A stretch of 64,000 nt of DNA from an uncultured candidate division Zixibacteria bacterium (GTDB lineage: Bacteria; Zixibacteria; MSB-5A5; GN15; FEB-12). Positions 31,753 through 40,433 of the stretch are shown piece by piece; within the stretch, counting starts at the first letter, position 1; each line of letters opens with the position of its first letter. The notes beneath the pieces were generated by a model. That model was not told where the DNA came from, did not search any database, and saw only the letters and a program-made list of their open reading frames with translations. The position numbers and the translations under genes were made by a program. The DNA lies in the NCBI GenBank assembly GCA_963806185.1, contig CAWDXE010000007.1:928001-992000 (forward strand), in the 5' to 3' direction.

Positions 31753-31771
31753 TGCCGGCCGTGGCGATCAC

Positions 31772-34033
31772 TTACTTCAGCAAGAGCATGCTTCGAGATT
31801 CGTGCACGTCTCCCGCTTCAAAGCGGTAGAAATAGATGCCGCTGGCGACGGCGGCTCCAAATTGGTCGCGCCCATCCCACTCCACTTCAGCACTGCCGGC
31901 CGGGCGGAATTCATCAACCAGTACCCGTACATTCTGCCCCAGTACGTTGAACAAAATCAAGCGAACGTGCGCCGGGGCGGCAAGCTGGAAGGCGATGGTG
32001 GTGGTCGGATTGAACGGGTTCGGGTAGTTGGCAAAAACCTCGGTGGTGGCGGGCAGCGAAAGGTCGGTTGCTGAGCCGGAGCCACTCAGAGCGGCCAACA
32101 GTGCCTGCTTCCCGGCCGACTCGGGGCAATTGACGAGAGCCGATAGCATTTGTCCCACGCGAATCTGGTTATTCATTCCGGCGGTGGAATCACCGGCAAG
32201 AGGATCCGATCCCGGGTTGTCACTCCGTCTCCATCCAAAATGCTCACTGATAGGGCAGATGTCGTCGAGGTCAATCGTTCCCGACCCGTCAGCGTCGGCA
32301 TACGTCATTGCCACTTTTCCCCAGCGATGGGCCGGTTCTGCGGCCGGGTCTGCCCCGCCCAGAGTCTGGCGAGCAGGGCCATCCTTCCCAAAATAAGCGC
32401 CGATGGGCAGGATGTCGCGCTCGTCGACGACACCGTTGTCATCCAAATCACCCGGATAGACGATCGGGCCGGTGAATACGGTGCCGACGTAACTGGTGGT
32501 CAGGATTTCCTCTGTGTGGCTTGTTAGTCCGGCTGAGACGAGGATATTGATCGTATCGTTGGGAAAGTGCCTGCCGTGCGCCTGTGTCACAATGAGCGAC
32601 CGGCTTGCGGGATCGTAGGCGTATAGCATCTGGCCAATGCGACGGCTCGTGATCAGCACATGGGAGGCGAGGCTCTGCTCATTAAGCGCATGGCTAAAGG
32701 TGAGGATAATTGGATCGGTAACGAGTATGTCGCCGAACGGGCTGGGCGGGGAGCAGGCGGCGCACGAGGTAACAGACATCGGCGTGGCGGGATCGACAGA
32801 AACTGTGAACATGGTCCCAACCACCGCGAAGCCGTCGGTCGCGGTTACCACGATTCTGTGGTCACCCGCCTGGCCGGCTGTCGGAGAGAATGAAAATGAG
32901 CCAGTGCCGTTTTCGTGATCCTCGAAAGAAGCATTGGCGGGCAGGTTGGCCATAGTAATGATCACCAGGTCACCATCGGGATCGGATGTGGTCACATCAA
33001 AGGCAAGGGTCTTGAGAGCAGAGACGTAGCGTTGAGTGACTCCTACGAGTTCCGGAGGACGATTGGTATTGGTGACCGTAATGGTGATCGTGGTCTCACT
33101 CTGGAGCAGGCCATCGCTCGCATGAAAAGTGGTATGGTATGTTCGCGCGGCGGCATAGCCGATTTCCCACTGAAAGAGGGCGGTCCCGTTGCCATAGTCA
33201 ACAAAGGTGGCTCCTGGTGGCATGTCAGTGACGCCCAGCGTCGGAATAGTCCCGTCCGGATCGGTAGCGTAGACCGAAAAGATAAGCGAGCTGCCTTCGG
33301 CGGCCGACTGACTGTCGACATGAGCGAGCTGCGGCGGGCGGTTGTCGGAGCGGACGGCTGTATTGATGGCGACGGCTGTCGTTTCCGTCGCGGCGTTGTA
33401 GGCGAATTGAATCGACGCCTCGAGCTGAGCGTCGGAGACGAAGACCCCTCCCTTGTTGATTACCACCGGGAAGTGAAGTGAATCGCCGGGCCAGATCAGG
33501 GCCAGCGACGGAGGGTCGACGGCGAGCCAGTCGGTTTGTGGGTAAGTCGATTTGGTGACTCGGGACGAATTTAACAGCACCAGTGCTTCACCCGTGTTGA
33601 AAAGCCACACGTCGACAGCGCGCTCCTGACCATAGAGGGCGAAATGATCAGTCGAATCGATTGTCGCGGGTCGAATGGTGAGCACACCGGCAAGGAATGA
33701 GAACCGATCAGAAACATCGGTGGCGGATCCGGATACGTCCGAGACGCGCACCCGGCAGGCAGGCGCGGTGATATACGGAATGAGACACGAGTACTGCCCG
33801 TCGTTGTACAGAAGGGTAGCGAGTCGACGCCAGGTCGCACCGTCGTCTGAAGAGAGGTCGACATTGACAAAAGGGATTTCCCCATCGGAAGTCCAGGTGA
33901 TGTACAGAGGTGTGCCCGCCTTGATGACGGTTCCGGCAGCCGGAGATTCAATGGCGATAGAGTTGGCCGAAGCCAATCCGGGAACGCTCAAACAGAGCGC
34001 AAGAAGCAGGAGCAATTTAGATAACAGATTCAT
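31772..34033 (-). CDS. Secreted multi-Ig protein with dockerin and FlgD/T9SS type-A-like C-terminal domain
   Basis: Signal peptide; NRPP...ATDPDG repeats; dockerin pair PGDLDDNGVVDERD / ADADGSGTIDLDD; NYPNPFNPTT...WDGRD...VASGIYFYR. Confidence 0.85.
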   Translation of the reverse strand: MNLLSKLLLLLALCLSVPGLASANSIAIESPAAGTVIKAGTPLYITWTSDGEIPFVNVDLSSDDGATWRRLATLLYNDGQYSCLIPYITAPACRVRVSDVSGSATDVSDRFSFLAGVLTIRPATIDSTDHFALYGQERAVDVWLFNTGEALVLLNSSRVTKSTYPQTDWLAVDPPSLALIWPGDSLHFPVVINKGGVFVSDAQLEASIQFAYNAATETTAVAINTAVRSDNRPPQLAHVDSQSAAEGSSLIFSVYATDPDGTIPTLGVTDMPPGATFVDYGNGTALFQWEIGYAAARTYHTTFHASDGLLQSETTITITVTNTNRPPELVGVTQRYVSALKTLAFDVTTSDPDGDLVIITMANLPANASFEDHENGTGSFSFSPTAGQAGDHRIVVTATDGFAVVGTMFTVSVDPATPMSVTSCAACSPPSPFGDILVTDPIILTFSHALNEQSLASHVLITSRRIGQMLYAYDPASRSLIVTQAHGRHFPNDTINILVSAGLTSHTEEILTTSYVGTVFTGPIVYPGDLDDNGVVDERDILPIGAYFGKDGPARQTLGGADPAAEPAHRWGKVAMTYADADGSGTIDLDDICPISEHFGWRRSDNPGSDPLAGDSTAGMNNQIRVGQMLSALVNCPESAGKQALLAALSGSGSATDLSLPATTEVFANYPNPFNPTTTIAFQLAAPAHVRLILFNVLGQNVRVLVDEFRPAGSAEVEWDGRDQFGAAVASGIYFYRFEAGDVHESRSMLLLK

Positions 34034-34122
34034 GCAGTCACCTCATCCCCCGTCCTCCTCGGTTGCGACATGACCATGATCTGCTCAACGCGACAGATGT
34101 ACATCGAATATACCTAATAAAG

Positions 34123-34158
34123 AAGCTCTGTCAATCCGTAGATTGGATGACAGAGCTT
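34123..34158 (-). terminator. Hairpin closing the T6SS operon
   Basis: AAGCTCTGTCA...TGACAGAGCTT 11-bp inverted repeat followed by CTTTATT on the minus strand, 40 nt after the 34199 stop. Confidence 0.6.
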
Positions 34159-34198
34159 GTGAGTTCATAAATCGGAGACCTATTTTTGCACAGTCAGA

Positions 34199-34717
34199 TC
34201 ACGGCATGAGCAGGATAGTTTCTTTGACCTGGGCGTCCATCGGTTGGTTGGCCGGGATAACCCCTTGCCCCCCTTTGATGAGCAAACCAAAGCCGAGAAT
34301 GAAGGAAATAATCTTCTTGTTGCCGCCCTTGGCCACGAGTGGACCGTCGGGTCCGGCCAGCGCAAGCTTACGGTTGTCGGGGGAGTTGTAGAAACCCTTC
34401 GCGTCGAGTTCACCGAGTTCGACCTCGATAGAGCCGGGCTTGCCGGGCTTGCCCGCGGGCTGGACCTTTTTCACCGTAGCCGTGCCGGTGGCTCCTGCCT
34501 TGACGACCGAAATGCCGCCGACAACGATAGAATCAACCAATTTGATCGGGACCTTGTCGCCGACCTTGGCACTGCCGGATGAGACCTTTTCTGTGAAGGC
34601 GACGCGGACCTTGGTGCCGGCGGGCACTTGCACCTGAGCGAAGCCAAGCGCAGTCAGCGCGAATAGCGCAACCAAGATCAGGATGAACATCTGTGCGGAG
34701 CGATAACGTATAGCCAT
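34199..34717 (-). CDS. Secreted TrbI/VirB10-like beta-domain protein, last gene of the T6SS operon
   Basis: Signal peptide; VPAGTKVRVAFTEKVSS..AKVGD...VVKAGATGTATV...G..GKPGSIEV; hydrophobic IISFILGFGLLIKGG; VIPANQ. Confidence 0.55.
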   Translation of the reverse strand: MAIRYRSAQMFILILVALFALTALGFAQVQVPAGTKVRVAFTEKVSSGSAKVGDKVPIKLVDSIVVGGISVVKAGATGTATVKKVQPAGKPGKPGSIEVELGELDAKGFYNSPDNRKLALAGPDGPLVAKGGNKKIISFILGFGLLIKGGQGVIPANQPMDAQVKETILLMP

Positions 34718-34737
34718 GTCGTGACCTCCTGTCGGAA

Positions 34738-36972
34738 CTATTGAATAACGGGCAGAATATCAATCAATTTCTTGTCGAATACGATGGTAACGGACTGCGA
34801 ACCTATGGTCAGCGTTCCTTCCATTTCGAAGAGAGCGAAATCACTATTCAGGATTCTTTTGACTTCGCTTCGCTCGCCCCAGTATTCGTCTTTGCCGTCG
34901 TGATTGTCAGGGTCGAGAGCAATGTGAATCTCATCCCCCGCCTTCCACTTGAGGACGTACGGCTTAGGGAACGTGGAAGTGACAGTCTGCCCCCTGACCC
35001 AGGCGTCGGGTCGCCCCGGTTCTTTCACCATGATGTGCAAGTGGTGACCGGCCGGAATGTTGGTGGCGCGGTAGGCATAGTCGCCGCGCTTTGAGAAAGC
35101 TTCAATTCCCTGGACGTAACGATCAATCTTGGAAATCGCGTTGGCATTATTGGCTGGGTCGACACTCAGCGTCTGACGGGCCTCTTTCAGTTCCCGGACA
35201 GCGCCTTTGACGCGGTACATGAGATCAGTGCTGGCGTTGATGCGGTCGAACAAGCCGCCGATTTCAGAGCCAAGCTGACCGGCTTCCTTGCGCGTCTGCT
35301 GGACGACGGTTTTGGCTTGTACAACCTGTCCCAGGCCGCTGAAAGCCTCGACCAGAGCCGGACCCATTTGCGCCTTGTCCTGAGCGACGCGGTCGCGCAT
35401 CTGCTTGAGCAGTTCGGGATCATCGGGGGCGAAGATCATGCTGCGGAATTTCTGCCACATCCAGACGGCGCGGTCGGCGTCGGTCTTAAGTGTGGAATTC
35501 TCCGGGGCCGCTGAAGCAATGGACTGGAAATTGTCGCCCACTTTGACAAATTCGGAAGCGTCGAGATCGTCGACAAACAACGAATCGCCGCCATCTACTT
35601 TCCGAGACGGCCAGAGGGCGGTGTCGCGAACGATGCCGGTGAATTTGTCGAGCGAGACCTTCAGTTCGCGTTCGAGATCATCCACAGAGGCGGAGGTGTA
35701 TTTGCGATAGATGTCCTGCGCCACGAGGGCGTAGCCGGGGAAGAACTGCTTAACAACGAACGATTTTGAGTACCGTTCGTAGGCATTCCGAATTTGATTG
35801 CGCGGCTCTTTCGGCATGGTAAAGTAATTCGCGCTCGGATAATGTTCCCGGGCCGTGTCCTCCACCCGGGTGGTGAAGGGCAATTGATACCAGAAATGGA
35901 ACATGAAGGGAATCGAGTAGACGATGATCCAGATGGCGGCGACGATCGAGGTCCATTTGGCGACCGTGCGAAACCGGCTGATCGATTTGTTGCGGGCGAT
36001 AGCCTGGAGAATCCAATAGAACGGGGCTTTCACGCCGATGGGCGTAAGTTTGTCCGGCGGACGGTACTTGGAATGACCGACGTCGGAGCCAATTTTGATC
36101 GGCGGCTGGCCGGTGGCCGAGACGAAGAAGATCTGGAAATCCAGGGTCCGTCCCAGCACGACGCGCAGGAGTTCGCGCGATTTTACGAGGATGTCGCGGA
36201 CTTCACCCGCCCAGGTCTGGTTGCGCGTGAGCGCGGGTTCGGTCATGACCTTGGCGACGAAGGTGTCAAAGTCTTCCGAGATGGCGTGCTCATTTTCCGG
36301 AGTAAGCAGAGTGATCTGCGCCTCGTCGCCAAAGCCGGCGAGCGTGTCGGATTTGGTGACCATCAGAGCGATCGGGATAGGAATTCGTCCCTGATGCGGG
36401 GCGATGCGCTCAAGGATGGTGACGAAGGTCTCCACGCGCGAGCGGCAGCCCAGTTCATCGAAGCGCAGTTTGGGATCGAAGACAAAGATCAGGGCGTCAC
36501 AATTGCAGAAGAAGTCGATAGCCTTTTCGCGCTGTTCCGGATTGCCGCCGAGCGACAGGATTTCGCCGGGGAAATCATAGCAGACGACCGGCACCTTGGC
36601 GCTGCCGTTGAGAATCGCCGTGAAGCGCAGGATCAGATCATGCATGGTGGCGTCCGGGAACGATTTATCACCCATGCGTTCAAAGCGAGTGCCGGGACCC
36701 TCGCTGACGGCCCGGCCGGTGATGGCGCGGGTGTTCTTGACCAGTTCGTTGGAAGTGGCCGTGTCGGAAACAGACAGTTGCAGTTCGCCGGCGAAGCGAG
36801 ACTCCTCGTACAGCACGGTGTAGAGAACGGTCTTACCGGTATAGCCGTGGCCGACGATGCCGATCTTGATGCCGGAGGGCCACTGCGTGGTAACCGCTGG
36901 TTTGCCGCCCTTCTTCCCTGAAGCGGCAAGCTTTGCTTTCTTTGAACCTAAGATCAGACTCGAAATATCCAC
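34738..36972 (-). CDS. Membrane-anchored TRAFAC-like GTPase domain protein (candidate TssM analogue)
   Basis: G1 GHGYTGKT, G3 DFPG, G4 TKSD, G5-like VSATG; single TM WTSIVAAIWIIVYSIPFMF; large helical then beta C-terminal region. Confidence 0.75.
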   Translation of the reverse strand: MDISSLILGSKKAKLAASGKKGGKPAVTTQWPSGIKIGIVGHGYTGKTVLYTVLYEESRFAGELQLSVSDTATSNELVKNTRAITGRAVSEGPGTRFERMGDKSFPDATMHDLILRFTAILNGSAKVPVVCYDFPGEILSLGGNPEQREKAIDFFCNCDALIFVFDPKLRFDELGCRSRVETFVTILERIAPHQGRIPIPIALMVTKSDTLAGFGDEAQITLLTPENEHAISEDFDTFVAKVMTEPALTRNQTWAGEVRDILVKSRELLRVVLGRTLDFQIFFVSATGQPPIKIGSDVGHSKYRPPDKLTPIGVKAPFYWILQAIARNKSISRFRTVAKWTSIVAAIWIIVYSIPFMFHFWYQLPFTTRVEDTAREHYPSANYFTMPKEPRNQIRNAYERYSKSFVVKQFFPGYALVAQDIYRKYTSASVDDLERELKVSLDKFTGIVRDTALWPSRKVDGGDSLFVDDLDASEFVKVGDNFQSIASAAPENSTLKTDADRAVWMWQKFRSMIFAPDDPELLKQMRDRVAQDKAQMGPALVEAFSGLGQVVQAKTVVQQTRKEAGQLGSEIGGLFDRINASTDLMYRVKGAVRELKEARQTLSVDPANNANAISKIDRYVQGIEAFSKRGDYAYRATNIPAGHHLHIMVKEPGRPDAWVRGQTVTSTFPKPYVLKWKAGDEIHIALDPDNHDGKDEYWGERSEVKRILNSDFALFEMEGTLTIGSQSVTIVFDKKLIDILPVIQ

Positions 36973-37006
36973 TGATGTATCCTACTAAGTTGCCCGGAAT
37001 CGATGG

Positions 37007-37957
37007 TCAGCGCGAGCCGGCATCGGTCTTAACCGCAGGTGAATTATTCGCGGGCGACGTTACGTACTCTTCCTGAAATTCCTGCAATTTGTGTTGCGTG
37101 TGTGACGACCAGAGTTTGGGCACCAGAATTGCCAGCGCTATGCTGACAATGATGATCCCGGCATACAACCCGTAAGCCGCTTTGCGCTGGGTCATGGTTA
37201 GCCAGAAATACCGATTACTCGAGAACGAACCCCGGAATTTGCGGCCCATTCCCGAAAATGAGGCTTTGACGCGGTCCCAGAATCCTATCTCAGTGACATA
37301 TCCCCATTCGCCAAAGTACAGGGCGGCCAGTTTGTCGATCTTGCTTTGCTTGTCGAAATACCCCAATTTCTGCAGAGTATACTCGAGAGAATTGCGGTCG
37401 CGCAGCAATTCGTTGCCGAATTCGAGCCGACGCCTGCCGAGTTCGAGTAACTGGTGTGGAAGCGACATCGCCTGCAAGGCCTCGGGCGACAGTCCGGCGT
37501 CAATTGGTGAGCCAAACTTGCTGGCGAAACGGGCGATTTCTCCCAGAAAGAAGACGTGCAGTCGGAAGTTGCCGTTCAGGGAGCCGGTCTGGAACAACTT
37601 CGGCACAAGGTGGTTGGCCATGTACGCAATGTCCTGCTTAATGGGACGGACACCACGACAATATGGGTACGCACGGTTATTCTGACCTTCGACTACAGCT
37701 ACGGACTCGAAATAGGAGACCAGAATCTGAACGGATAACTCACGCAGATCGGACGAATTCAGCGGTTGGGTCTTGATCTTTTCAAACAAGAGCGAGTCGA
37801 CCTCGACCGCCTTCTCCTTCTGGTGCCGCAGGGTGCCGAAAACGGCATAGATGCCATTATATGTTTGAAGAAAAGCCTCGGTCTCGAACTGAGCGTACTT
37901 GGTTTCGTACGTCTCGAGATAGGCGAAGAGGTCATTGATATAGTTCAGTGCGTCCAT
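37007..37957 (-). CDS. C-terminally anchored membrane protein (candidate TssL analogue)
   Basis: Helical soluble N-terminus with one TM near the C-terminus (YGLYAGIIIVSIALAILVP); lies directly after tssK. Confidence 0.6.
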   Translation of the reverse strand: MDALNYINDLFAYLETYETKYAQFETEAFLQTYNGIYAVFGTLRHQKEKAVEVDSLLFEKIKTQPLNSSDLRELSVQILVSYFESVAVVEGQNNRAYPYCRGVRPIKQDIAYMANHLVPKLFQTGSLNGNFRLHVFFLGEIARFASKFGSPIDAGLSPEALQAMSLPHQLLELGRRRLEFGNELLRDRNSLEYTLQKLGYFDKQSKIDKLAALYFGEWGYVTEIGFWDRVKASFSGMGRKFRGSFSSNRYFWLTMTQRKAAYGLYAGIIIVSIALAILVPKLWSSHTQHKLQEFQEEYVTSPANNSPAVKTDAGSR

Positions 37958-37981
37958 GCCAGCTGGTCCTTAACTATCAAC

Positions 37982-39419
37982 TCACACCGTGTAAACCGAG
38001 AGATCCGACTTGCGCATAGCCGACAATTTATCGGCAATAGCGGCGCCGGAAACAATCAACGTGAAGCGCCGAGCCGACGGGTGGCGATCCATACCGTCGG
38101 GCCTGAGCACAACTTTGCTGCCATACGAGACCGAGTCGATGACCACCGGGTCGACTTGCCCGAGGCCGGTGGACTTCGTTGATACCGAACTTGGCGCGCA
38201 TGCCGGACCACTCTCCAGCCGAGAGCAGTTCCTTGGCTACAAATACCAGTGCATCGGATACGGCCATCGGTTGGGCGAGATTGATCGATAAGTAGGTCAA
38301 TTCGCCGATCCGTTCCACTTTGTGCTCGCCGAACGCGGCCAGACGATAGGTGCGACCGTTGTAGGTGAGCGTTTCTTCGACAACGGCCCCGCGGTCGAGC
38401 TTGACCGGATCTTCCTGAGCCAGGAAACCGAGCACGCCGCGTAGTCGAGCCAGGATGTCGTCGATAGCTGCGAGCCCTAATGCTATTTGACGATGATCAT
38501 AGTCGGCCAACAGGAAAGTGTCGACGGCGGCCTCGAACGTGCGAACGTCGCCTTCCCCCTGCCGCGAGAAAAACTTCTCGTTGAGGTGGTCGCGCAATCT
38601 GGGCTGGAGCAAGAGGGCAGTGCGATAGAGACGGAAGAGCCTCTTGAGGAGAGCGACCATTTCGGCCGGATGCCCGGCGTTGCGCGTGGTGATCAAGCTG
38701 TCGGCGAACGCGGCGGTATGAGTGGCGCAGGCGAACAGCGCCTCGCGGACGGCCATTTGCAACTCGGAATCGGCAGGAGCCGCCGCAACCTTCTGATAGC
38801 CGGTGGCCGCTAATTTGAGAAGATTCTCTATGCGATTGCGGAATTCCTGAGCCTTGGCCATGAGTCGGGCGTCAGCCGACAAGGAGAGGCACGGAGGAAT
38901 ATAGCGATCTGAAATAGCTACCGAACCGCCGGCGACATTGATCTCGGCGACTTGCAGATAGTGTCCAACCGGAAGATCGGGTGGCTGACTCAAATGAAGT
39001 CGGTAATCAAAGGCGCGATACGGCGGCCTTGGAATATCTTCTCCGGGATCCGGCTGGCCCGCCTCACGTTTCGCCTGAGGCGACAGGCTGATATAGACCG
39101 GTACAGCGGCGTCGGACACTCGAGTATCGGCCTTCACCACGGGTTCGGTGGCGGGGTTGATTTCAACCACGCAGTAATCGGATGTAAGGGCCTGACAGCG
39201 CACTACCTGAACGGCCAGCGTAGAGCCGCTGAGGCTCAAGTGGAGGCTGAGCGAGGGCTCGCCGGAGGACGATTTGGCCGCCAGACCGTAATAGTCCCCT
39301 CCGCGCAGCGCATACCAGCGCACGAGGTTCTCAAAGTAAGCTTCCTGGTCGCGAAGGTGCTGCTCGCTCATGAGCATACCATCCTGCCAGTTTACAGAAA
39401 GAAGTCGAAATTCACTCAT
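37982..39419 (-). CDS. tssK: T6SS baseplate subunit TssK (apparent +1 frameshift near 38170)
   Basis: VNWQDGMLMSEQHL..QE, YGL, CQALT, GQPDPGEDIPRPPY, YIPPCL. The +1 frame continues ...GQVDPVVIDSVSYG...LSVYTV* to 37982. Confidence 0.8.
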
Positions 39420-39479
39420 CGGAAACGTCACATGCGTTAAATGTTCAGTCCGCAATCTACGGACAGTTTATGGTCGGTG

Positions 39480-40433
39480 TCAAGACACCTTTGCCCGCAT
39501 CTGTCTATCGTTCTTTGTTTTGGCCAAACGGGCAGTATAGCCCAGACGATTGAGTCGATTTGGACCGGCGAGCCGACCGGCCGTAGGTAGACTGGCCACC
39601 CGCACGCGGCAGTTCATCCCCGCAGGCAGACAGACAGACAGCACCTCGTCCACCTTCCTCCGCAGGGGGTGGTTTGGCAGGAGGTCGGCAACCTGGTTCG
39701 GTGGGACATCGTGCACCGTCACCTCAAGAGAGGTATCGCACTCTGAGAAACTATTGCCCAGCACAGATTCGTGCCCCAGCGTATTCTGGTTCTGACCGAG
39801 TCTCCAGCGGAGTGCCTCAGGAGTCTCATGTCGGCTTTCAACGTTTTCCTGTATGGTAAAGCGAAAGCCAAAAAGGGCCTGGAGAAATCGTTCGACAAAG
39901 CGGGGGTTACCGCCCCAGTGGTAGAAGCCGGGCATAGACTCGGCCCAGACGCGCAGAGCATTGAGATCGGATTCCCCGACAGCGGATTGGTCAAACAACT
40001 GCAAGTAACGGGTCAAGTGGTGCTCGGACAGGATGCTGAAATTATAGGCCAGCGGCACGAGGACTGCCATCGCCTCAGCGTGCATAACCGCGGCGTCGAA
40101 GGGCGCCATGAAGCGGCGGGCATTATCTTCCCACTCGCCGGTACGATCGATATTGCCGGCCAGACCGTAGAAAAATTGGTACGGGAGAATATCAACGGCA
40201 CTGGCGAAGCCAACGTTTAGCGTAATGATCGAACTCGGGTAAAGCTCGGCACCCGGCGGTGGGTCCTGTTCCTGGATTTCACCACGGTAGTTGCCGGAGC
40301 TGCCCACAGCCAGGAATTGCATCTGGTGTGCCTCGACACCCAGTCGCTCCAGGATGATCAAGGCGACGGGTAGCGTGACAGGAGCACGTCGGTTTGAAAG
40401 ATTGGGCATGAGTTGCAGGCTCACCGGGCTCAT
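39480..40433 (-). CDS. tssG: T6SS baseplate subunit TssG with N-terminal PASTA-like domain
   Basis: DILPYQFF, EDNARRFMAPFD, WRLGQ..LG...LG, as in Bacteroidota-type TssG; ATGA overlap with tssF. Confidence 0.75.
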   Translation of the reverse strand: MSPVSLQLMPNLSNRRAPVTLPVALIILERLGVEAHQMQFLAVGSSGNYRGEIQEQDPPPGAELYPSSIITLNVGFASAVDILPYQFFYGLAGNIDRTGEWEDNARRFMAPFDAAVMHAEAMAVLVPLAYNFSILSEHHLTRYLQLFDQSAVGESDLNALRVWAESMPGFYHWGGNPRFVERFLQALFGFRFTIQENVESRHETPEALRWRLGQNQNTLGHESVLGNSFSECDTSLEVTVHDVPPNQVADLLPNHPLRRKVDEVLSVCLPAGMNCRVRVASLPTAGRLAGPNRLNRLGYTARLAKTKNDRQMRAKVS

